Below the pieces are notes generated by a model. It saw nothing but the letters and a program-made list of their open reading frames with translations, made no database searches and had not been told where the DNA came from. DNA of 64,000 bases from Malacoraja senta (Eukaryota). The first letter of the stretch is position 1. Every line of letters starts with the position of its first letter. Position numbers and translations under genes: made by a program. Of this stretch, positions 26,123-38,754 are shown piece after piece. The stretch covers positions 212,164,001 through 212,228,000 of the forward strand of contig CM075977.1 in the NCBI GenBank assembly GCA_038087875.1, read 5' to 3'.

Positions 26123-27046
26123 CTACAGAGAGTCGTACAGCAGGGAAACAGACCCTTCAGCCCAACTTGCCCACACTGACCATGTCCCATCTAAACTAGT
26201 CCCACCTGCCTGCGTTTGATCCATATCCCTCTAAGCCTGTCCTGTCTATGTACCTATTTAAATGCTTCTTAAACGTTGCAATAGTACCTGCCTCAACTAC
26301 CTCCTCTGGCAGCTCGTTCCATACACCCACCACCCTCTGTGTGAAAAGGTTACCCCTCTGTGCGTCTACTTGATCTATTCCTCTGTACACAAGATCTTTA
26401 TGCCATTTTTTTTGCAAAATGGATTAAAAGTAGCTGGCCTCTTGTTCTACTGTTCCTTTCATGGTGTGGAGGACAGGATAACTATAATTCTTTTTCTCAC
26501 CAATCTGAATGTTCTGGTGGGTGCGGAAACAGGTTATAGCAGCCTTGGCCCAGAGCCAGCTGAATCCGAGAGAGCACAGCAGATATTTTGTAGAATCAGT
26601 CATCGTGGATCATGCAGGAATTCACTGTTCTGATTATCTTCGTATTGCTGCAAGATCGGTGTGTGGTACATGAAGTATGCACCAGTCAATTACCTTTACA
26701 TTTGCCACAACAAACTTTCATCTAAGTGCTTCTCCCCTCCATTTCTTTTACATGTCATGTCAAATTTCTTATCCTCTTTGATCTTAAGGCTGTAAACACA
26801 ATGACTTCTGCAAAGACTCTGATGATAATTACTCGTTCGCAGGCAGCTGGTTGGTGAAGCACTTCACTTGGCACGGTCAGCCAAGACTTGGCCCATCTGT
26901 TTCAGAATGTCTGGTGGCCAAAATTGAATGCGCTGCTGCCGCAAACAACTGTTTCAACGTTAAATATTTCCAAGAACCTTTAATGTCATCTCCTACTAAA
27001 AGAAACAATTTTTAACGTTTTATAATTTTTTAAAATGTGACACTCG

Positions 27047-27928
27047 GACGGCACAGTGGCGACGGGGCGGCACGGTGGCGCAGCGGTAGAGTTGCTGCCG
27101 TACAGCCCTAGGGTTCGATCCTGACCAAGGGTGCTGCCTCCACTGAGTTTGTACGTTGGACCGCGTGGGCTTTCTCTGGGTGCTCCGGTTTCCTCTCACA
27201 CTCCAATGACGTACGGGTTAGTAAGTTAATTGGCTTTGATAAAATTGTATATTGTCCCTAGTGTGGGATCAGCCACGATTGAATGGTGTAGTAGACATGA
27301 TGGGCCGAATGGCCTAATTCTGCTCCTACAACTTATGGTGTTCAAGGCGAGAGGGAAGAAATTTAAAGGAGATGTGAGAGGTATGTTTCTCACACGGAGG
27401 GTCGTGGTTATATAGAAGAAGCTGTCAGAGGTTGTAGAGGCAGATTCAATTAAAATGTGATAAGGCATCACACAGATATTTGGCTAGGAAATGTATAGAG
27501 AGATACAGACTGAATGCAGGCAAATGAGATTGGCATCACAGTTGGCACGGACGAGGCGGGCAAAGTGAGTCCAATTCTGTGTGCGTGATTCTAGGATTAT
27601 TGTGGGTAAGAGGAGGAAACGTTGACACAACGGTAGAGTTGCTTCCTTATGGCGGCAGAGGCCCGGGTTCGATCCTGACTACGGGTATTGTCTTTACCGA
27701 ATTTGTGCGTTCTTCCCGTGACCTGCATGGGTTTTCTCCGGGAGCTCCGGTTTCCTCCTACACTCCAAAGACGTACAGGTTTGTAGGTTAATTGGCTAAT
27801 TGGCTTGGTATAATTGTAAATTGTCCACAGTGCATGTAGGATGGTGTAAGTGTGCGGGAATTGCTGGTCGCCGCGGACTCAGTGGGCCGAAGGTCTGTTT
27901 CTGCACCCTATCTCTAAACTAAACTAAA
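27047..27928 (+). mobile_element. Cluster of two V-SINEs (about 27047-27265 and 27625-27928) with CR1 tail fragments between
   Basis: SINE heads gggcggcacggtggcgcagcggtagag and cacaacggtagagttgc. Confidence 0.75.
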
Positions 27929-30311
27929 ATGTATCTGTTGTTATGAAACAGGGAGCAGAGGGCTAGCTGTGGTTGGTGAGGCTAAAATGTTTCTAGCTAA
28001 ATCCTAGAAAGAAAAATATAGCTTCAAGGAAACAAAATGAAAAATATAGCACTTTTACATTTTACAAAGAAAATGTCATACTTCTTGAGAGAATTAAATC
28101 GACGTGATTAGATTGTGCTACATTTTCAGTTACAAATTTTGTAGCAAAAATTGCTTTTTTAAACTTTAATGCTGGAAGATAAAACTGTAAGAGTTGACAA
28201 ATCAGTTTTCCTTTGCAAATGGTTTTACTACCTAGTTATGAACAACACAACGTTTGTTGTGTTTCTGGTATTTCAGTGATGGAAATAAAATGTACGAGAG
28301 AAGAAAAAGTGTTAAGTTAATCCTCCTCCAGACTTGGAAAGAAATGTTGTGTCATCTAAAGGCCGTCTGCCCTTTAGTAGCCGACAGCAAGGAAAGAAGG
28401 GATTGATTGAACGCCGCTCATACCAAACGTATGATCGTGCACAAAAGTCTGATTGAATTGACAGAACAATACTTGTTCCAAGGTGAAGAATGTGTCCTTG
28501 TGGACCATGTCTAAGCCCGGGTGACAATGCCCTTGTTCATTCAGCAGAACAATGATCTTTGGTCTGAACCACATATTGTGTAGCGATTCGTTGTCTAAGG
28601 GAAAGTGTGACAGTACCAAGCGTGGATCCTTCTTCTTTGCACTTCAGGGAAGTGTTAGAGATATGAGTCATCGTATGAGGAGGCTTCTACTAACCTTGTA
28701 CGAGAGCCAAGCTCCTCACTGATTTTTACATTTTAAATCACCATCCGCTCGGTAAATGTGAATCAATCTTACTTTCTGCTGCAGGAGACTACACATGAAG
28801 AGACTGACAAAAATCTCATTGCTGTCAAGCTTTGTAGAAGAGAATTTAATGGCTAATATTTGTTAGCACTTTCAGCATGCTCAAATTTCAGCATTTACTC
28901 AAATATTTAAAGTCAATGAGTGTATCTGAAAAATATGATTTTAAAAATTAACAATAAGTAATGAAACATTTATAAAGATTTTATGTTGAGGAAAAGATGT
29001 ACAGGCATCTCCTGCGTTATGACCACCAGACTTAAGAACACCCTTACATTCGAATGAGCTCTCACAATGTTATTCAATTCATAAGTCCAAAGTATGTACA
29101 TACATTTGTCCAACAGCTAATTTCCTCTCTCACTACTTTTAGTAATTATTTTTTCTTATCAGTCTTAGGTGCTTTTGATGTAGTACTGTTGAGGTATGAT
29201 TGTCATATTGTGATATTTTTGTAAATTTTCTGAATTGAACATAAAATTAACCTACGTAAAAGCATTATCTGTATTACCTAAGATGCCTTATTTGATCTTA
29301 ATAAACATTCAGTACTAAGTAAGCTTATTTTCATATGAAATAATCATAAAATCAGCTTATTGCTACCATTTTAATGTTGCTGGAGATTTTTAATTTATCA
29401 CAAAAGTGTTGCGTTATTAAAAGTATTTGAGCAAAAATTAAAGGTATTATGTGTCAATTTTTTTCTAAAGCTGCAAAGAATCCCTGTCAAGCCATTGGCC
29501 AAAAGCTATGCAACGAGGGTGGAATATATGAATGACACATGCAGAAATCGCACAGATGAAACGTATTATCAGTTGAAAAGTAATGGGGGTAATTCTGAGG
29601 CTCGCAAAATGGTTGAAGTGTTGAAGAAAGCCATTGAACCCATCGAGTTGGTGCCAGTTTATGTCAGAGTAATCCAGCTAGATCCCCCCTGTATTGCATT
29701 GATCCCACCCTCAAGTGGTGGAAGTTATGCGGTAACAGCTGCAAATCTCCGGTATTTCTGCGATCATGCTTTTGTTAATGCATACTTTCCTTGTGCTATT
29801 GATCAACACCTCGTGTCGGTCAAACAAAACATCTTAAATCCAACGTTTCACCTGTTCCAATAATCCTGCTTTACATCCCACGTATTAGATACTCCCATCG
29901 CTGCCTTTTTTTCCTACTTGCAAAACTCGAAAATCAAAAGTAAGTTATTTGGCAAGGCTTGTGACACCGCACCACGTGGCTGGAGATCACGGGAGAGGAA
30001 TGTTCGAATAAACAATGTCCCGACTTAATGAACATGCCTGGAAAATTTGCAAGTGGGCTGTGCTGGTATTCGGGTTGCTGGTGCTCTCCATTCTTTGGCC
30101 TGCTAATTTGCTGAGCACATCCACAATGTAACCTGGAGGTTGGTCTCCAGGGAGATGGGGGTGCTGACAGCTCAGTTTGCATTAATGGAGAATGTTGAGT
30201 GCCACCGACTGCAGGGAGCTGTGAAACTGCGGCACTCTGGCTGCAGAGGCTTCTGAAGGGTCTGGCTGCCTCAGTGCTGTTGGAACTGTTTTAGTTTTAG
30301 AGATACAGTGT

Positions 30312-30906
30312 GGTCACAAAACATGGGGTGGGGGTGGGATTGTCTCCCAATTTTGGAGGGGTGGGGGACAATCCCACCCCAACCCCATGTTTTGTGACCT
30401 GGGCGCTACAGCCAGCCCCAGGTCGGCTCGCTTGCCCCAGGTCTGGGTGTAGCGCCCAGGTCGCTTGCGTGCCCCACACTCCAAAGAAGTTTAGGTTAAG
30501 TGCTTTGGTAAATTGTAAATTGTCCCTAGTGTGTCGGATGGTGCTAGTGTACGGGGTGATTGCTGGTCAGCGCGGACATGGTGGGCCAAAGGACCTGCAG
30601 TTCCCAGGTCACCTGCGTGCCCAGGTCGGCTCGCATGCCCCCGGGACTGGCTATAGCACCCGGGTCGGCTGGCAGGTCTGGCTGTAGCGCCCAGGTCGGC
30701 TTGCTTGCCCCAGGTCTGGATGCAGTTCCCAGGTCGCCTGCGTGCCCCAGATCTGGCTGCAGTTCCCAGGTCGGCTCGCCTGCCCCGGGACTGGCTGCAG
30801 TTCCCAGGTTGCGAAAACAAATTGGGAAAAAAAAATCGCCTGCGGGCCAGATGATTTCGGGTTAAGGGCCGGATCCGGCCCGTGGGCCGTAGGTTGCCGA
30901 CCCCTG
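30312..30906. mobile_element. Rearranged hAT-MITE-related composite with hairpins and tandem repeats
   Basis: Right end aggttgccgacccctg (to 30906) and its subterminal sequence match the MITE at 21836-22150. Inverted repeats at 30312-30399 and 30397-30461. About 36-40-bp GC-rich tandem units at about 30598-30810. Confidence 0.6.
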
Positions 30907-31740
30907 TCCTAGATGGGAGGCCTCATTGTGTTCCCCCATGTTTTAAAAGCGATTTCCGCCCATGCTTTTGGCCCACCGAGCCAGTGCCGACCAGTGATCA
31001 CCTGGTACACTAGTTCTATCCTACACACTAGGGACAAATTACAGAAGCCAATTAACATACAAACCTGTCCATCTTTTGAATGTGGGTGGAAACGGTAACA
31101 CACAGAGAAAACCCACGCGGGTTGCCAACAATTGTTACGGTTAAGAGTACATTGCCTCTAGGGGTGGTGGAAACAGAATCACTCAGGGAATTGGACACAT
31201 ACTCGAGAAGAAAAAAAATCACACAGCTGTGAGGAATTAACTGAGGAGATGGTCGTAAAAGGAACCAGCATTGCCTTAGTGGGCTGAATGGTCACTTTCC
31301 ATGCTGTGACAATTCTATGGTTCTGTACCAATTCTACAGTTCTATGAAATATGTATTCTCCTTCAATGTTGCAATGCCTGTATTTAACTTTGATGGGCAC
31401 TGAATTTATCTGAGAGCTAAATTCACTGGTTTATTTTGATTTTTATTCACACACGTTTTTATTGCAAAGTCTCTGTTGCAGATTTACAGTTTAAGGCTAT
31501 CCCCCCCATTGCACACTAATTAGTGGCAATCTATGTCAAAGCCCCATGAACTATTTGCTCGAGGGTTGTATTTAAATAATAAACAATGTTATGTCAACGT
31601 TAAGCAATGGGACTAACATAACCTGTGATGAAAATATTCAGTTGAATGTTCTGCATTGCATGCATTGGAATGCTTTAATAGGTAAAGTATGCATTGAAAT
31701 TTTATTTTTCAAATGCCTTCACTTTTTTCCCCTTAAATAG

Positions 31741-31823
31741 GCCAGAAAATCCTTCACCACAGAAGTGATGTCTTGGAAACTGTTGTCCTGATCAACCCTT
31801 CAGACGAGGCAGTGAGCACAGAG
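31741..31823 (+). CDS. MAP1B: MAP1B exon 3 equivalent (83 bp)
   Basis: ttaaatag|GCCAG...ACAGAG|gtaaga. Encodes (G)QKILHHRSDVLETVVLINPSDEAVSTE. Confidence 0.95.
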
Positions 31824-32120
31824 GTAAGAGATCAGCAGGATGCAGACAGATGGCGGGGAGCACAAGAGGGCAATGATAAGGAGCACTGAAATCTAACACT
31901 GATTAGGCTGTGCCGCAGATTGCCCCCCGTGGGGGTTTTAGGTTGAAAATAATGTGTCACGCTGTGCGGGTCATGCTGCAGTGGTGAAATGAGAGCCATC
32001 ATTGGGATCAATCTCATCATGGCAATTTAAAAAATATGAATTCAGTTTTAGAAAATCAGCGTGTCAAAAGACTGCAAGCGTGATAATGAAGCAAAGGAAA
32101 ACCATCGAACCAATAGAACT

Positions 32121-32559
32121 TTTTTTTAAAAAAATTTAAAAAATATTTTATTTATTAGAAGTAAGTACATTACATTTTGATGGTACCTTTTTACAGGTTC
32201 CCAGAATTATTATAACATTCTTTGTACAACTTCCTTTTTTTTTTTTTTTAGAAAGAAATGAGAAAGAAAGAAGTAGTGAAGAAAGAGTAAAGGAAAGTCT
32301 AGTGAGTGTGAGGTAAAGAAAAGAAATAAGTAAGAAAGTGAAGCAGAAAGGAGATTCTCCCTCGCCACAAGTCGGTGCTTTTTTATATTCTTAATCACTT
32401 TTCGCCCAAACCCAGAATATTTAATTTTACGATACTATTGCACCACATGAATCCAAAAGGTCAATAAATGGAGACCAACTCGTTAAGAATTGGTCTTGTT
32501 TCTCTATTGGGAGGAGTCTCATTTCTTCCAAGTGGGCAGTTTCCAACATATTACCAATC
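32121..32559 (-). mobile_element. 5'-truncated L1-clade LINE with poly(A)-like tail and 15-bp TSD
   Basis: TSD cgaaccaatagaact (32106-32120, 32560-32574) and T-rich left end. The minus strand encodes IGNMLETAHLEEMRLLPIEKQDQFLTSWSPFIDLL..*, like fish L1 ORF2 C-termini. Confidence 0.7.
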
Positions 32560-32624
32560 CGAACCAATAGAACTATAAAGCACTATATTTCATTTAATCT
32601 TCGGAACATGCAATACCCGAGACA

Positions 32625-33027
32625 GACACAAAATGCTGGAGTAACTCGGCGGGTCAGGCAGCACGATTGGAGAAAAGGAACAAGTGATGTTTCGGGTCGG
32701 AACCCTTTAGACTGAAATATAGTGGTGGCGGGGGAGGGGAGGGGGTGGGGGGAGGGGGCGACGACTGGAGGCAGGAAAAAGGCCAGAACAAAATCAGGGG
32801 CCGGCCACAGATGACCTCACGAAGGGTGGAGTCCCATAATGGAGCATTGTTGGCTGGAGAAAATGTGCTAATGAGAGGGATACAAGGATGCAAACGGTGG
32901 AACTAGTAGGCCGACTAGGATGGGGGAATGGTATGCAGGAGTTACTCGAAATTAGAGAAATCAATATTCATACTGCTGGGTTGTAAGCTGCCAGCTGTGA
33001 AATATGTGGTGTTGTTCCTCCAATTTG
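32625..33027 (-). mobile_element. Penelope-like element 3' fragment
   Basis: Reverse match to the 59570-59850 region (GSLQPSSMNIDFSNF and the terminal repeat). Confidence 0.7.
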
Positions 33028-33204
33028 TGAGGCCACACGCAGATGCTGCCTGCCCTGCTGAGTTACTCCAGCATTTTGTGTCTAGCTTCAGTATAGTCCA
33101 GCATCTGCAGCTCCTTCCTACATGTGATAATGAAGCATTTGGTTTTATAAAACATAGTACAGCATAGGAATAGGCCCTTTGGCCCACAATGTCCCATATG
33201 CACG

Positions 33205-34013
33205 GCAGATGCAGTATAATGTCGATAAATGTGAGGTTATCCACTTTGATGGCAAGAACAAGGAGGCAGATTATTATCTCAATGGTGTCAGATTAGGAAC
33301 GAGACCTGGATGTCCATGAACACCAGTCACTTAAAGTAAACATGTAGGCACAGCAGGCAGTGAAGAAAGCTAATGGCATGTTGGTCTTCATAACGAGAGG
33401 ATTTGAGTATAGGAGTAAAGAGGTCCTTCTGCAGTTGTACAGGGTCCTGGTGAGACCACATCTGGAGTATTGTATGCAGTTTTGTCTCCTAATTTGAGGA
33501 TGGACATTCTTGCTAGTGAGGGAGTAGGTTCACGAGGTTAATTCCCGGGATGGCAGGACTGTCATATGTTGAAAGATTGGAAAGACTTGGCTTGTATTCA
33601 CAGGAATTTAGAAGGATAAGAGGGGATCTGATAGAAACATATTAAATTATAAAATGACAGGACAAGCTAGATGCAGGAAAAATGTTCCCAATGATGGGGG
33701 AGTCCAGAACCAGGGTCCACAGTCTAAGAATAAAGGGGAGGCCATTTAAAACTGAGATGAGAAAAAAACTTTTTCACCCAGAGAGTTGTGAATTTGTGGA
33801 ATTCTCTGCCACAGAAGGCAGTAGAGGCCAATATACCGGATGAATTTAAAAGAGAGTTAGATAGAGCTCTAGGGGCTAGCGGAATCAAGGAATATGGGGA
33901 GAAGGCAGGCACGGGTTACTGATTGTGGATGATCAGCCATTATCACAATGAATGGTGGTGCAGGCTCGAAGGGCCAAATGAACTCATCCTACACCTATTT
34001 TCTATGTTTCTAT
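33205..34013 (+). mobile_element. CR1/HER1 LINE 3' fragment
   Basis: Degenerate RT C-terminus (KCEVIHF, LYRVLVRPHLEYC, VNLWNSLP) plus the canonical tail. Confidence 0.85.
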
Positions 34014-34302
34014 GATGCCAAGATAAACTAATCTCATCTGCCTGCACATGATCCTTGTAGTTTATACTCCCCTAATCCAGGCAGCATTCTGGCAAACCAC
34101 TTCTGCACCATCTGTTAAGCCTCCACATTCTTCCTGCAATGGGGCAACCAGAACTGCATGCAATACTCCTCATTTGTTGGTGTTGTTACTAGAAAGGGTG
34201 CAATATCTATGAAATTTCAGTTCCCTACTTGAAAACTCTGGATGAAATTACTGAGCAATAAAGTGTCCTTACGACGTTTTCATCGTGTGATGTTCCCACA
34301 GG

Positions 34303-35010
34303 GGGCGGCACAGTGGTGCAATGGTAGAGTTACTGCCTTACAGCAACAGAGACCCTGGTTCAATCCTGATCTCGGGTGCTGTCTGTACAGAGTTTGTACG
34401 TTCTCCCTGTAACCTTGTGGGTTTTCTCCAGGTACTCTTGATTTCCTCCCACATTCCAAATACGTGTAGGTTTTGTAAGTTAATTGGCTACTGTAAATTG
34501 CCCCTATTGTGTAGGATGCAAAACTCGGATAACATAGAACTCAACCTATGCTGCTCCAGGAAAAACATTCCAAGTTTATCCAGTCTCTTTTTATCGCTGA
34601 TATTCTTTAACCCAGCCAATATTCTAGTAAAACTCTTCTGCACCCTCTCTAGAGCCAACACATCCTTTCTGCAATGGGGAGACATGATACTCCAAATGCA
34701 TCCTAACCAAAATACTATAAAGCTCCATCATGACTTCCCGACTCTTGTACTCAATGCACCGAATGACGTAGGCCAGCATACTATATGCCTTCTTTACCAC
34801 TTTATCTACTTCTGCTACCACCTTTAGAGAGTTGTGGACTTGGACTCCAAGATCCCTCTGAACATCAATGCTATTAATGGTCTTGCCATTAACTGTATAT
34901 CTTCTCTTTACATTCGACATCCCAAATTGCAACATACACTTACTAGGATTCAAGTCTATCTGCAATCTCTTTGTCCATATTTGTAATTGACCTTTATCCT
35001 GATGTGTACT
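34303..35010. mobile_element. V-SINE (+, about 34303-34545) adjacent to a CR1 fragment (-, about 34545-35010)
   Basis: SINE head at 34303. The minus strand encodes QRDLGVQVHNSLKV...LERVQKSFTRIL. Confidence 0.75.
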
Positions 35011-36142
35011 TTGTCAGCCTTGCTTACAGTTTGCAACTCCACCAATTTGCAAACTTACCAACCATCCCATCTACATTTACGTCCACGTGGTTTATATAAA
35101 TGATAAACAATAGGACAAACAGGACAAATCCCCGCAGAACAGCACCGGTCGCAGACGTCCAGCTAGAATAACAGCTTTCCACAACCAACACCGACAATAA
35201 AACTAAGCTTAAATCCTCTGTCTTCTATGGGAAAGCCAGTTCTGAATCCAGACTACCAAGTCACTGTGGATCCAATTCATCTTAACCTGGATCAGCCTAC
35301 TATAAAGAACTTTGTTAAAGACTCTGCAAAAATCAATACAGACAACATCAATCCACAAAAAAACTCAATCAAGTTAGTAAGACATGACCCGCTGCTTACA
35401 AAGCCTTACTGACTGATTAACCCCTTTTCATCCAAATGCATGTATATCATTTCCCAAAGAATCCTCTCCAATAGCTTACCTGGCATTGACATGAAGCTCA
35501 CCGGCCTATAATTCCCTAGGTTATCTCTACTTTCCTTCTCAAACAAAGGACTAAGATTGGCTACTCACCTGTCCTGTAGGACCTCACTTGCAGCTAGAAA
35601 GATTGCAAAGATCTCCGTCAAGGATCCTGCAATCTTCTCTCTTGCCTCTCTCTTGCCTCTCTCAATAACCTGGGATAGATCCCGTCAGGTCCTGCGGATG
35701 TATCTACCATATTCAAGAGAATTAGCAGCACCTCCTTCTTTTCCTTTTTGTCCAAAATTACATCCTCTCTGGTCATCCAAGATTCCTATCCCTTGCCATC
35801 TTTATTCCTCCACCTCAGTAACACATGCCGATCCTGAATTCTGGAGCAGCTGGTCTTTAAATCACTCCCACATCCGATGTGGACTTACCCAATAACTGCT
35901 GCTCCCAATTTACTTTTCCTACCTCCTGCCTAATATTATGATCTGGCTTACCCCAATTTAGTACTTCTCCCAAGACTTATTTTTATTCATATCTATCTTA
36001 AAACTTATGGGGTTTTGATTACTGTTCCAGAATAATGTTCCACTGAAACACCGTTCACCTGGCCATGATTGTTTCCCAATACCTGGTCCAGTATGATTCC
36101 TCCAAGAGTTGGACTAGAGATCCACACACTGTATCAAGAATG

Positions 36143-36432
36143 GGGCAGCATGGTGGCACAGCGGTAGAGTTACTGCCTTACAGCGCCAGAGACCTGGGTT
36201 TGATCCTGCTACAGGTGCTGTCTGTGTGGCCACATAGGTTCCCCCTGTGACCACGTAGGTTTTCTCTAGGTGCTCCAGTTTCCTCCCACACTCCAAAGAC
36301 GTACTGGTTTGTAGATTAATTGGCTTTGGTAAAAATTGTAAATTGTCCCTATTGAGTTGTGTGTGCTAGTGTAATGGGGATCGCTGGTTAGCACGGACTC
36401 AGTGGGCCGAAGGGCCTGATTTACTAAACTAA
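36143..36432 (+). mobile_element. V-SINE (HE1-like)
   Basis: Head, partial core and tail motifs. Confidence 0.75.
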
Positions 36433-36919
36433 TCTAATAGATACCCACTTAGATATACCAATAAAGCAATTTAAAATTATTGTCTGAATACTCAGTACAT
36501 AGTCCCCAATTCCTTAAATATGACTTCAGATGTGACAATGAGAGCATTTAGTGCAATTAAATTCCGTCCAGTTAAATCCTGAGTATATGGTACAAATTCA
36601 ACAAAATTGCCCATCTGAAGAAGGATATCAAATTACCTATCCATGTTCTCCGGAGATGCTGCCTGATGCGCTGCGTTACTCCAACACTTTGTGTCCGTTT
36701 CCCCTCAGAGTGAGGCATTCTAAGCACATCCATATTACTGGAGACACATGGAACTGCAGATGCTGCAGTCTGAAGAAGGGTCCCAATGCAAAATGTCACC
36801 TGTTTTAATCCTATGTAAAGATCAACCGGCATGAAAAACTCAACTCGGGGATGGTCTTTGTAAATTGCACCTTGAAGCTATTTGCCCGACATCTTTAAGC
36901 CATTGTGTCCTTTCCTCAG

Positions 36920-37060
36920 GTACGCCTGATGATCACTGATGCTGCCCGTCACAAGCTGCTGGTGCTAACTGGACAGTGCTGTGAAAACACTGGCGAGTTG
37001 ATTCTACAGTCTGGTTCATTCTCATTTCAGAACTTCATTGAGATTTTTACAGATCAGGAG
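36920..37060 (+). CDS. MAP1B: MAP1B exon 4 equivalent (141 bp)
   Basis: tttcctcag|GTACGC...CAGGAG|gtaagt. Encodes VRLMITDAARHKLLVLTGQCCENTGELILQSGSFSFQNFIEIFTDQE. Confidence 0.96.
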
Positions 37061-38754
37061 GTAAGTGAATGTATGCCTAGCACATTGCCCCTGGGCCCCC
37101 AGCAGAACCTTGCTGCCTACGAGGTTTGTTTTGAATGTTGGAGAGATGTTATCAACTTGCCTGATCGTTATCTACCATGATAAATGTCAGCAATTGCTAG
37201 GAGCAGGTGTTGAAGCAAAGTTGTTGCTGATGAAGTTTATATTCTCAAGAGTCAAGAGTAATTGTCATGTGTACCGACAATGGAACAATGAAATTCTTAC
37301 TTGCAGCAGCATCGTAGACCTATAAACACAGCACTCTTAGATAATATGTGGAAAACAGAAATTCAATAAAATAACAGCCATAATATTAGTGTAAGAGCAA
37401 ACCCCCAAAAGCCCTCAATGCAACCAAAAACATTCGACAGTTCATAATTGAGGTTAGTGTTGTGTAGTGCTAAAGAGCCTGGCGGTTCATAAGTTATAGG
37501 AGCAGAATTAGACTATTAGACCCATCAAGTCTACTCCGCCATTCAATCATGGCTGATCTATTTTTCCCTCTCAACCCCATTCCCCTACCTTCTCCCCATA
37601 ATTGGTTGTTGGGAAGAAGCTACTCTTGAACCTGGTGGTCACAGTTTTAAGACTTCTCTACCTTCTTCTCAATGGTAGGAGTGAAGTGAGAGCGTGGACA
37701 GGGTGGTGTCGGTCTCTGCCATCACGTTGAATTGGATAAATAGGCAGTTTTGTTTGTGCTTGTGGATTTATGCTTTGCCAAGTAGAAGTTCCACAATGTC
37801 ATGGAGTAATTTAAAGAATCGTCTTTAAAAACATAGCTGAGAGTACTTGAACTGCCTTGTTCAAAAAACAAACTACTGGAGTAACTCAGCAGACTAGGCA
37901 GCATCTGTGAAGGGAGATCTGTGAAGACAACGGGCGCTGTCTGCACGGAGTTTGTACGTTCTCCCTGTGACCGTGTGGGTTTTCTCCGGGTGCTCTGGTT
38001 TTCTTCCACATTCTAAAGATGTACAGGTCTGTACGTTAATTGGCTTCTGTAAATTACCCCTAGTGTGTAGGATGCGAATCTGGGATAACATAGAACTAGT
38101 GTAAGGGTGATTGTTGGTTAGCGCAGACTTGGTGGGCCGAAGGTCCTGTTTCCATGCTGTATCTCTAAACTAAAGATATTTCAGGTTGGGACCTTCCACA
38201 GACGCTGAATTAATTCCTCCTGCTTTTGATTTTTGCTTAAGATTCAGAATGCCTCTTGGGTCTCCATGTAACTGTCTTGTGTTTAATTAGTTCATCTTTA
38301 TAACTTCATTTTTCTACAGAATTTTAGATTTCACGTTGCAACAACGTTAAGTCTCTAATCACCAAGTGTTCTACCTGCTGATGTCTAGTTAGTAAGGAAA
38401 CAGTCTTGATATATGCATGTATGTAAAACCACCAAACATGAAAAACATGTTGTTTACATATTTGTCACTGAATGTGGCTCACCAGATAGAATTGGGACTT
38501 TTCTTGAAGTGAAGCGTTGTGAGTCTAGTTATCACGGTAACTAAATCACATATAAATTGGCAATTAGCAATTCAAAATAGTCACATATATTTTGGTAATG
38601 GAAGCAGGAATATTTTATTTTTGCCTGGTGAGTATTCTTGTGATTATAATTCATTTGGCAGGAAGTGGCCCTAATGCCAAAACAATTGTGTTAATTGAGG
38701 TCTTTCACAAATTACTGCTAATTATTATTATTTTTTTTAAAATTCTGCTGTCAG

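Noticed and set aside
29495-29863. 122-aa ORF in unique sequence
   Set aside because: TTG start, no recognisable family and no clear splice context.
30598-30810. CRISPR-like array
   Set aside because: Eukaryotic context, and degenerate tandem units with no unique spacers or cas genes. It is a minisatellite.
1-31740. MAP1B exons 1-2
   Set aside because: No segment encoding the expected GIRSWDTNL..CNLDQELKLFVSRHSARFS-like peptide was recognised. These exons are presumably upstream of the window.
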